A stretch of DNA of 48,105 bases from Catajapyx aquilonaris (Eukaryota). Made by a program: the position numbers and the translations under genes. Positions 22,860 to 34,300 of this stretch are shown here, piece after piece. Numbering within the stretch: position 1 is the first letter of the stretch; the number at the start of each line of letters is the position of its first letter. The stretch is from the NCBI GenBank assembly GCA_000934665.2, contig JYFJ02002969.1, forward strand, positions 1-48,105. Reading direction: 5' to 3'. The notes under the pieces are model-generated. The model saw nothing but the letters and a program-made list of their open reading frames with translations. It did no database searches and was not told the DNA's origin.

Positions 22860-25800
22860 AGCAATATCCTGCAATATAGTACTTTCCGAACCCTCGTTGC
22901 ATATTTTGAAATAAATTCCCCTTTCCCGAGTCATACCACACTAAGTAAATATGATTAATTCAACGTGCCCCTGCAATAATCAAGTCGACTTACCCGCCTT
23001 CAATTAACCATTTCTTTCAAAGGCAGGACTCTATATGAACAGCTTGCCTATTACAGTTTCTAGATAGCGTGGCTGACCACAGGCATCAAGAGTCACATAA
23101 CGAATACAGCACCTCCTTTTCTCCGTACATGCCCGGTACTCTAATAATTGAAACGTGACGTCAAAAAATGGCATACGTAGACCGAACGATAACAAATTGG
23201 AGTCTTCCGAGAGCGTGTTATTTCTCCTTTTTTTATATTCCGTCTCATCCGCCTCCCGAGCTGACATTTTTTCGTGGCCGTGCCTCTGTCTGGCCTGCAT
23301 GATGCATGGTGTGGGGGTACGGTATGGCCCAACCGGTACCGTGTCCGAGCAGGACCGAAATTGCAGGCCACACAAGTATCAATTCCGGGGCCGTGCGCTG
23401 TTTCACAACCGCATTCATTATGTACGGTGCATGCGGGCCAGCATTATGTGGACCTACCCTCCCTCGACCAAGCCAACAAAAATCGAAAAAAAAATAGGAC
23501 AGCAAAAAGCCTCCCCCGGATATAATATCCGGGGAGACAAACCTACCCACACCACGCAGCAGCACACACAACAGAGCGCCCATGTCTTACAAGCCAGGAG
23601 TGCTATGATTTGCCAGGCCGCAATTACAATAATGCGCCCCCCCACAACAATGGTCAGGCCTCAACCCAACAGGCCCCAGTCACGAGCTGCCAATAAAAAT
23701 GGACCGGATTTAAGCGGGCAGGAAATTCCCTCGAGAAGGGAGGGAATATAACCCGCCTTTTTTTTCCTGGACAAAATGTGCAATTTGGGAGCGGCGGCCG
23801 CATTTTTTCGGGACAACTCCTTCATTCAATAAGCGGCAAAACCCTGCAATTTGGCAACTTGTGCCCGGGTAATAATATAAAAGAAGAACAGCAGGGAGGG
23901 AGTGACGTCACGAGTCGCGGATTTGTCACCGGAATATGGCAGAATAAGTGAGGACCAGACACGTGCTGCATGTGATATAAGGAGATATTATTATAAGACC
24001 ACCGATTGGCGCATACCGTTTCATTATATTATAGCCTCGGGAGACCTCATTTGCGACCTCTCTTTTATAGCAAAAGCATCGTCATAATAATAATAATGGG
24101 CCTTGTTGTTGTCAGCAGATAGAGAATCGCGTAATCTGGCGCTTCATCGCTGGAAATTTCATGTCGCAATTAGTAATTGCTGCCGACGACTACACACCAA
24201 ATCGCGAGTTGCTGTGCTGCACGGCATGTTATATTATACCGGGACTCTTTTTAAGCAGATTGAGACGATTGTTGCAGGCTGCCGGCAGGATTTTGCGCCA
24301 ACTCCCATCAATTGTGGATTAAGGGCTACTATTTTTGGGAGGGAAAAACTGGCGAGGAGTGTATTTGCCATTGTCGTCGAAATTGGCCTGACTCGAGTTA
24401 AACCAGATGGCACGAGTCGGTAAATGCGATGGAATTCAACAGTTATTGAATTTAAAAATTATGCGAATGAATAAACCAGGAAAATGTTTTGTTGCCGATG
24501 CAAACGTTTTGCTGCGCCAGCAAAATATTTAGGCCGTCGAATTATTTATACTAAATGTGGCAGCAGTATGTACTATAAAAGACGCAAATGGTCCATGTTT
24601 GGCCACACCAGCCCTGCCTGCTTCGGCCAAACAAGTCTATAGCGCTACTCAGCTAATGAATAAAAATGTTCAACAAAATTTAACCAGACACAAAGTAAAT
24701 GAACCATATCAAAATGCATGTGTGTCAACTTTTAGCGCAACCAAAGGCAGCAATTTCTTCATAATAACCAGAACACTTCTCCATCGTGCCAAAGTTTTGT
24801 TCCCGTACTCAAAATTTTAGCAGTAAGCTTCAATGTTGACTTTTTGATGCTTAAAAACTACAAACGTTGATTTGCATCTCTTCACTAATAAAATCCGACT
24901 GATACCACACTAATTTACAAATGCGAGCTCTTGAAATGTGCAGTTGAATAATATTTCATTTCATATAGGAGAGTGTATACTTTGCAGAAATGTTTACATC
25001 GTGCAAAAGGCTGTTGAAATAAACACTGATGTGGCTACACGTAACTTCCATAGCACATGTTTTGGCACCAAATTTGCGTCACTCGCTGGCAATGTAATGG
25101 AAACAAATTTACATGTACATGGTGTTAATTCGCGTACTTATTTCAGATACAGGGTGTGTCGAAAGGGCGACGACTGGGTGCCAAAAATTTGCCATTTAGC
25201 CGTCCTAAAAAGTTTGGATTGTTGAGCGTGTAGCAGAATCGGATTGAGCGAATGTATAAGTGACAGCGGCGTAATCCGAGGGCGAGACCTGATGCTCCTC
25301 TCCTGGGGAGTATGGCAAAGGGAAGGATGGGAAAGGAGACTGACTATAATCCCCCCCGCTTTCCAAATCACTTTTCCTCCAAAATCCGCCCATCACCGGC
25401 ACCAGGGCCATCCATGCTCATAATTGCCTTCTGCTTACTTTGCTCCCAATCAGGGATCGGGGTGGGGGAAAAAAAGACTCCGCAGGGATTTATCTGGAGG
25501 GGAGCACATAATAATATTAGAATAATAACAATCAACAAGAGACGAGGAGTGATGACGATGAAGGTGTGGGAAAATGAAGCGCGGAAGCAGCAGCAGCAGC
25601 AGCATGATGGTGTATATGGTGAAAAGGGGTCCGGAAGAACAATCCGGAGAAAGTAGGAAGCTGCACCATCCACCACCTTCTTATTCCCTGGCCCCATCAT
25701 ATTATATGAGCAAAGATGATGATGGTCCGCAGTGGAAAGTGTTACGGCGCTTCCCAAAGGTGCATTACATTGTTCTCGGCAGAAGCAAGCACTCTCGGTT

Positions 25801-28800
25801 TGTTATAAATTGACTCATGCTTCTGGTGCTTGTGCACTCTTTCAGCTGGTGAGAAGCCTTTTTTCTTCTTCAGGAGGAAGAAGAACTCTGTGGCTTATAC
25901 AGCATGCTCACAATGCCTTCCTTGCTCATTCAATCGTAGCACTTAATCACTCCCAGCAATATTCGCAGCTATCAGACGATACATATCAAACTACAATCCA
26001 TGAGAACTCAGTTGGTGCACCGAGATCTCAACTTAAGAGTACAGGCCTAGCATTTCATAAACGAAATAATGCACAGTCAAATCCGCCTAGACGTTCCGCC
26101 CAAGTTTATGCTACGTGCTACGTCGTGGCCGTTGATATTGGCACGTCCTTTGTAATCCCAACGATGGTCTCATCATTTGGAACATTACACGAATTGCACT
26201 GTATACATTACTGACATGTTTCACTGTGCATGAATCGCATCATATGCTATACTTGCCTTATTACAATTTCAGCTATGCTTCACATGCAAGTGTGATATTT
26301 ATAGGCATTTCGCTCGCGGCTGTAATATGTACTGTACACCGGTACATACCTCAGCAGTAATATACCGTCGTGATGAGGTGAGATTATCTCAAAATAGTAA
26401 TCTCTGAGATTATCATCGCCGCCTGTGTATCCTGAGGTATTATTTAAAAAAATGTAATTAACAGGATTATAGCACTGGCTGTAACTCAGCATTACTCGCA
26501 CTTATTGCTTGGCATTAAGGCAGGCGTTGATGTAACACCTAGATGGTGTTAGTCTTGGACGATTATTCCGTGTTGACGTTATCAAAAGGCAAATATTTTA
26601 CTGCTGCCGGTGCGAAATATATGGGATGCGTCATTCCACAACTTCTTAGCGCATTAAGCGTGAGAATATACTAATAACATTACGACATGTAATCACTCGG
26701 TGTGGTATTCAGCCAATTCATTCAAACTGACATAAGTCGTAACCCGGCTATTTCCGTGCAATTTCCGCTCACTTGTAATGCAACATACGGCATATTTACA
26801 TATAATAACCATTGCGAAAAGTATACATAAACAGCCTGGATGTTAAAATTCGGTTGTAAATTAAAACAAACGTGCCCAATGAAACCGACAGGCCTCGACA
26901 CACATTGTTGGCTCTCCAAACTAGTCGAGCCCAGTGCCGGCCACGACAACAATACCGCAGCTGTAAAAATGGCGGTAATTCATATTCAATTGCGCCATAA
27001 ATAAATCTCCCGCATCCACTATAAATATTTCTGCAATAAGTTTGCAATCCAGATCTCTCCTGCTTTTTTATACATTCGGGCATTCGCGTAATAAACTCTA
27101 TTTGCGCAGTACTGTCTTCGCAATATATTTTTACGGCAACCACTTTATTCGTGTTTCTCCTGGACCAAATTAAATCTTATAGATTGCGGTGCGACAAAAC
27201 CGGAGCTTTGAAACCAGTTGGCAAAACCATAATAATTTTTGCGCCCTTTTAGGCCGCTGGCTGGCTGGCTGGCTGCTGCTGCTGACACGGTAATTACGTC
27301 CGGTTGTGAATAACAATGACGTCAGTCCAACTGAGCATATCGGCACCGATTACAATGTACACACTTTTATCAAAAGGACTACGTTATTCAGCGGGTATGG
27401 TGCAACCAGCCACTCGGCTTTAGCATTATTTTTATATGCTGCTACACATTATCAGTCCGAAAAAGACGAGTAATATTGACAATTTTCTTTCACTTATTTG
27501 AGCGGAATGGGTTTGCAATTATTGCCACTTTAAGCTGATGAGTTTTCCTATTTACAATTGTGGAATATTTATACACATGATTTCCTTTTCACATATTCTT
27601 TCTTCCACATGAGACTCGGGGGGAAAAAATGAATAGCATACGCGAAGGTAGCAAAAATAATGCTCCATTTTTTTTCTTCATTTATACTCATTGAAAAAGT
27701 GCTAATATTTCTCCGGGCAAGGTCAGCATTATATAAATCATTGCAAATCTTCATAGAGGCAGCAGCAATCGAGTCCCGTTTGAAGTCACCGGATGTGCAC
27801 AGAGGTGTGTGTGTGTGTGTGGGTCGAATTGGCCCCGGGGCTGGCTCTGCTCCTTGGAACAGAACCTACCTACTTGCTCCTGGATTCGGAACCAGAAGCG
27901 TGGGAAAAGTCACATCGGGTACGGAGCCATTTTCTCTCTACACACATCATGCAGCAGCAGCATAACTGATGATTTTTTTTTCTTAATGCTCTCTCTCTCA
28001 GCAGACTCTCTTATTCTGGAGCCAAGCAGTGTTGAGGGGTCGGAAACGGGGCCAATGGAAAGATGGTCCGGATTGACCGGATCATCACCTTACGCATGAG
28101 AAAAAAGGGGTTCCCGGGGCTAATAACAAGCAGCCAAGGTCTGGCCCTTCTCTCTCTCTCTCTCTGTACAATCACAATTAGCTGAAGAAGATGATCGGAA
28201 GAGAAAGCCCGGCCATCTTTTTTGGCCCCCAAACACGCCATTGTTTCCTACCAGATTTTTCTCACCGGCAGCGACGCCGTATCAAGCCGAGGAGCTTGCT
28301 ACTTCACACCGATTTCTCAGATTATCAATCGGTTCAAGGAGCTGATTAAAAAGAATTGAACAGACGAGACAAACGGGTATAACCAAGACCTAGTTCATGA
28401 CTCGGGTCATTAACAAAAATTTCTATTTTTTATATCGACTCGCGGGGGGAGCACAGCGGAATATATTTTATTTTAATTCGCGTTTGTATACAACATGATG
28501 AGCTTCAATTTTGCTGGCAACAATTCCGTGCGACGGACTCGACATTGTTGCAGGAGAAATGTCGTCCGCAACATGCAGCTGTGTTTGCTCTCTTTATTTT
28601 GACAGCATTATTTGGGCTGCTGGTCTGTGTGTAATGTCAGGCTCTTAAGGGACAGCATGTGAACTAATCAAAGGGACCAATAATATTGCGAGGGGATGAT
28701 TATTAAGCTCGGGGGGGCTCGGTTTCATTTGTTGCAGCCGGTGACATAAGGCAAATGAAGGCGAAACGGAAGCGTTTTCAGTGTCCGTCTAACAAACCAA

Positions 28801-30378
28801 AAGCCCTACAATTACTTTCACTGGAGGGACCCCCCCTCCCACCTCTCTTTCTCTCCCTTTTTTTTCCTTTCCTGGACATGAACCGCTTTCGAAAAAAAAA
28901 TGGAGGTGGAGTAAATAGAAGTGGAGCGCTTAGAAAAAGACTGCCTTGGACATGCCCTTATTTTGGTGAATAATTTCTGAGATGTCTCTCCAAAATGACA
29001 GTCTTTTATCGAGCGGCAGTTTAAGCTGCGCTTAAAGACACAGCCGACCAGCATGATGATTATCGAAAATCAATTCTCAAGTTATTAACGAGAAACGGTA
29101 TCACGAAACTCCCGCAGTCATTTATGACTGCTAAGTAAGCATTCCCCCAATTCCTTTTTTTTTTCCTTTTTGGTTACTCCAATTTTTTCCTGCACCCCTC
29201 CTCTCGTTTCCATCATATCCTTTTCAGTGACTCGAGTCAACAATGCAGCCAGACCCATGGCAAATAAAGGACAGCTCCGTATTTATATTTGTGTGCGGTT
29301 TGCCCAATTTACATGTTTATACTTATATTGCTCTCCAGTCAATAAGTAAAGATATCGACAAATTTGGCCCGATTCGGCGTCACATGATGTGTGTGCACTT
29401 CTTGAAGTAAAGGGTTGAATATTTCACTGTATAGGCCTATAACCTTATTTATTAGCAAAGACGCAGCCCGATTTTGTGAGGTTGTAAAAGGTTCTTTGGT
29501 TGTGATGCAAAAATAAGTACGACGCGGAGCACAAGGAGTGAAAGGCAAAAATACATTGTGAGTATGGGAGAGTGTGTGTGTGTGTGCTCAGGGTTTTTAT
29601 CTTTTAGATCGAGAGCGCGTCTCAAGTCTTGACAGATAGAAGACAGCTGGCTGGCACAACTGCAGCCCACCTGATAGGAATTTTCACTTTTTCCCTGCTA
29701 TTTCGGAATAGTCATTTCGGCGTCACCAATCCGCCCGTGGAGAGACAGCTATTTCTGCTCTATTAGTGCATTCAGCAGAGAGCTCCGGATGCTATTTCAC
29801 CCAAACCCTCCCCAGCAGCACCCACTTCAAAGCGGTTCCTTTCCTAGACATTTGGTAGGCGCCAACTAGGCGACAACAACACCCCTTTCCCTAAAACAGT
29901 ATAGGCTCCACAATTATTTGGAAAATGCGTCTACCGGACAATCGCGCCTCAGGGGAAGTCGGCCCCAGTCTGCCCGCTGACTCACGACGCAGCGCCCGGC
30001 CACAAAGAGGGCCAATCTCCCCTCGGATCATCGCCTCAAATAATCGCCGTTCTATTATGTAAAATTGTGCGAAATCACTTGTGGTTTAAATTTGTGGCAG
30101 GTTAACCTTAGCCTATTTTAATTCAAACACTGTCAGGCTATGCGCGGTGACAAATATCGCCGTGTCATGCGATACGTGTATTTTCTTCTGGCAGTCAGGG
30201 CACGCTTTGGGGAATTGGACCCCTACCCGTCATATTTGGCGACCGGGTTTCGTCAACTCGGGTTATTTCGTTCCGCGGAATCACAAGGCACACACGCACC
30301 GGAGACATATTTTTCGCAAATTGGTGTGACATGTCCCCCCCTGCAGCACAGGTCCGCGTGTATGTGGTGTGTTCTTAC

Positions 30379-30598
30379 CGTGAGTGGCGCTGGCGTATGG
30401 TCCGTGCATCTGCGCGGCCTGGTAGTACCTGGCCCGGTTTCCGTTACTGTCCAGCGTTACCGTCGAGTGGAAAAACACGTCCATATCCTCCGGGGGCAAG
30501 AGGTTGCCCGAGGCGTCCATGTTGGCGCCCATCCTCTGGGCCTCGTACCATCGGTGGGCAGCGTGGGCGCCGCTGCCGTCCGTCGCCGTCATATCCAT
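30379..30598 (-). CDS. grn: GATA123 first coding exon (N-terminus)
   Basis: MDMTATDGSGAHAAHRWY...LLPPEDMDVFFHSTVTLDSNGNRARYY...ATH resembles GATA2 [22 protein letters not shown]. ATG context GATATGG. Donor CACG|GTAAG at 30378 (phase 1) joins exon 2 to give [14 protein letters not shown] (cf. GATA2 AHARLTGGQMCRPH). Confidence 0.95.
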
Positions 30599-30773
30599 AT
30601 CGTGGGACGTACCGGTGTACCGGTCTACCCCCTACTCAATCACACTAGTCCGCAGACATTGCGTAGACGTCACCGAATAAACTCGCGCACTGTGTTTGGG
30701 CACTTTGCAAGGTCTTCTGCTGGCGACGACGACGGTGACACCCCTCAGACGCCCTGCATGCTCTGCACTCCGC

Positions 30774-31201
30774 CTGCAATTGCAACCACAATTAGCATAT
30801 GTACGGGGGAGAATAATAAGCAGTTGTTAGGCCTGCAACTCCTGCATGGTTACTGGTCATCAACTGCAATAAGCCAAAAAGGGGTGAGTTATACACACAC
30901 GCCGCGCGATGCATGCCTTGGTCACGGCCTGGAAGAAGATGCTGGACAATAATCACATGATGTGTAATGGCCGACGACGGCGCATGACAACTGGAGTGGG
31001 GGGGACAACACAATCACAACAATCATGTGTGGGGGAGGGCGGATTCCCCAAAATCTGATTAAAACCCTCCCCTCATTAAACCAGGAGGGGAGAAAAAAAT
31101 GCAAAACAGCTGTAGAGCCAAGGCACACACCGGCGGATAAGATAACTATCAATCCACGGTGATCAAAAGTGATCCCACCAATCAGCACAAATCACGCGCA
31201 C
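30774..31201 (-). other. Putative 428-bp 5'UTR intron
   Basis: Donor GTGCGC, branch-like GCTAAT about 20 nt before acceptor ttgcAG (30775-30774). Its removal eliminates most upstream ATGs. A non-coding first exon is typical of vertebrate GATA genes. Confidence 0.55.
31135..31174. promoter_or_regulatory. Composite GATA-site cluster in the putative 5'UTR intron
   Basis: GGATAAGATAACTATCAA (two tandem GATA cores plus one inverted) followed by GTGATC twice. Function is inferred. Confidence 0.5.
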
Positions 31202-31337
31202 CTTTTCTCTGGTCCGTCTGGTGATTCCTGGATATCTCCGTACGAACAAAACGAGTCACTCGCGCACTGTATACTGCTCGTGAGAAGTGTGAGCGTGGTT
31301 CCGATCGTCCTGCCAGCTAACTAGTTGGCGCCCAACT
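31202..31337 (-). other. Putative non-coding first exon (5'UTR)
   Basis: Runs from the predicted TSS to candidate donor AAAG|GTGCGC at 31201 and contains no ATG. Confidence 0.55.
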
Positions 31338-31379
31338 GAGCACCATTCCAGCTCTAGGGGCCAGAAAGCCCGCCCCTCC
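31306..31379 (-). promoter_or_regulatory. Core promoter of the GATA gene: Inr + DPE, TSS about 31337, upstream GC box
   Basis: Minus-strand TCAGTT at 31339-31334 (A+1 = 31337). GGACG lies exactly at +28..+32 (31310-31306) with G at +24. GGAGGGGCGGGC at 31379-31368. No TATA box. 739 bp upstream of the start codon, in the correct orientation. Confidence 0.8.
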
Positions 31380-34300
31380 TCCTCCTCCTCTCCCCATCAC
31401 CCCCCTCCCTTCACAAACAGGGAGAGAGGGGAGCCAGAGAAAAGAGTGTGAGTCGAGCAGAGCCCGCCAGTCTTCCCAAGGGCGCCACAATGCCGGCCAG
31501 GGGGTGGCGACACTCCCACCGGGGGAAGAAACGGAATCCTCACTCGCAACATCGCTCCACCCACCTTCAATCAAGCTTACAAAAACCAACTAATTAATAT
31601 TTGCCCAAAAGAGTGGAATTTAGCCAGAAAACTACAAAATCGGAAGAGCTCTTCTTGTCAGCTGTTTATTTATAAATAAATGAAACACACACTGACTGTC
31701 GTGATTGGCAATAAGTAAGTCTAGTGTAAGAAGTTCCTTGCACCAAAACACAACAAGATTTCAACAAAAACATAGGATTACTGCTGGTCGAATGATATCA
31801 TTCAGCCAGTGTTGATAGATCCTGATCTAAAGTAGACAAGACTGCAATATCAACCTCACTGCTTGAGAAACGCCACAAACGTAACCAAGACAAATTCCAG
31901 TGCGAATGTTGCAGATGTTTTTTGTCAAGTAGGACCTATCACATGCTATGATTGTGCGTAGGTAGTGTGTAAGTAATAGTAAAGAGAGATAGAGAGAGAG
32001 TCGTAGATAGTGTGTGGGTTGATGGCGATTCCAGTTCGTCCCCTGCGATTCCCCTTCCGTCCCCGTGGCTCCGCCTCCCTCCGACTCATGGGGCCAATGG
32101 GATCCCGCCAGTGGCTCTAGACCCAAGGAAAATGGCGCCACAAGACCCGGCCTGGCTCCACCTCTTATTCGCACACCTTTTATCGCAAAACATACCACTT
32201 GTTTTTTTTTGCCCTCATTATTCGGGAGTAAACCGCACCACTTGGCCCACCCCTCCCAATCTGCACCGCATCTCTGCTCCTCTAAATGGACAAACCACGT
32301 GGTTTGTCCTAGGCACTAAGGAACCCCGAGAAAACCCATCCGAACACGGAGATACATGCAGGGTATGGCACCAAAATATCTGGAGATAGACTCCCTGCGA
32401 ATATGTGGCGGGGGTGGAGCCTGGCAGCGATCAATCATCTGGTTAAACTGGGCGTGGCTTAACCCCCCCTTCCTCTCTCCCTATTTTGACTCCCCCTCTC
32501 CCTCCCTCAACAAGCAAGCAAAGCAAAGCAAAGCAGCATGGAAAATCCAGCCTCCTGAACGCAGTCAAACGGAGCTTCTGTGCGTCGTTTTTTTTTTTTA
32601 AATTCTGGTCTCCTCTCCCCCCCTCTCCTCTCCCCCTCTCGACTGGGAGACAGTCGTTTTCTCTTTATTCAAATATATATGTAGCACGCACCGAGCGGAG
32701 CGGAACAGCATCCAATCAATACTTGCTTCTGGAGCAAACGCAAAGCAGCAGGTTAAACGAAAATGCTGCTGGATAAATGAATGCGACTCCTGCGTTTTGT
32801 ACGCTCTGCTGTATACAGGGTGATCCACGGGTGCTGGGTCTATATTACAACAAACGCACACCATGCAGCATCTCCAACAGCCTAAACAAAATCGCAGCAA
32901 CCAAGCTCTCTTTATTGTTGTTTTCATTCAAACTAGTGGTTGCTGGGGGTAAACAATAATGTGCACAATGTTCCCTTCTCTTAGGCAATATAACATCCTG
33001 TACTATTGATTTAGTATACGAGATATTGTGTCAGATTGACTGCATACAAAAGTATACTAAACTACCAGTCACGCAGTGCTCACATTTAATTTAAACTGAA
33101 CCTTTGACAATATGAAATTTATTGTGTTCCCACACCATTAAAAAACTCGGGAAATCCCTGCTTTTTAAGCCGAACAAAAAGGCTTTCATGGCCTGAAAAT
33201 GATAATAAAAAATGCTCCAACTGCATGTGTATTATTCAGTGTACTGTTGGACTGATAAAATTACATAACTTACACGACTATATTATTGCGCATGCACATT
33301 ATATAGACTTTATATGGGGTTTCAACACGGAACATAAATTGTTAAACCGGGTTTCACATGTCGAGCATTTGTGAGAAGATCCGCCGTATAAATTACAGCT
33401 ACCGGTGTGCAGTACCTGCTTTAGGCATATCATTACACAAGGTCGTGAGAAATCTGCGCATATCTGCATCAGAGGTCATGCTCTTCAGATAGATAGGATT
33501 GCATGATAGGGGAGGGGAGAAAAAGCATTTATTGCTATAGATCGGAGAAGATTTAAAAGAAAGACTATATTATATGTATAAAAACATATATAAAAGGGAT
33601 GGAGAGGCAGAAAATGATATTAATTGAAGGTGAAGAATTGAGGTTACTGCATGGGTCAGTGAACAAGTGAAGGTCTGTCTGTATATCATAGCCTATTTTA
33701 TATATACTTTGGAACTAAAAAATGGAATAAAAAGGTGATTGCTATAGGGATGTCTGCGTAATGCTGGAATATAATTAATCCTCGTGATTTACACACAGAT
33801 CATGACGATGAGTTTATGATAAGAGGCAGTTTTCCATTTGCAGCACAACAAGATGCTGTCAGTTAGACATTGCCGCAGAGCAAATTGTAGGCCGTAATCG
33901 AAATAATGCATGCAGATATCGACACTATCTTATTGCAGCAGTTAAGTGATAGCGATGCCCGGTTATCGGCCGCAATTCGCAATTGGCCGCTCCGACGAAG
34001 GCCAATGGTTTCAGTTTAGCCCCTATCTTATCAAACATCATCGCGCCAACGTTCAAGATATCTTTCATTTTGCACCAGCAAACAGCACATCAGCAACAGA
34101 AAAATCACCAGTCCATTTCTGTCACACTGTATTCATCGTATATATGAACGACTTATTTACAGTGTGTACAAGTATGAATTATTATTAAATTGGACACTGA
34201 ACTACCATCATGACTGTGCCACATCATTGTATTATACAGCATAATATTATTGCAATATGATATCTCAGCTTGGACTTTCAAAGTGACCTTATATGTTCTG

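Larger units (their letters stand above)
7213..30378 (-). other. 23,166-bp phase-1 GT-AG intron of the GATA123 gene
   Basis: Bounded by GTAAG (30378) and ttttgcAG (7213). The join restores a conserved GATA2/3 peptide. No recognisable protein among the internal ORFs. Confidence 0.9.

Noticed and set aside
7213..30378. Recursive splice (ratchet) sites in the long intron
   Set aside because: The AG|GT candidates seen on the minus strand (e.g. near 10273, 12642, 13571) lack a convincing pyrimidine tract.
30140..30952. 270-aa plus-strand ORF, the longest in the track
   Set aside because: Antisense to the first coding exon and GC-rich UTR, with no recognisable domain; probably a shadow ORF.
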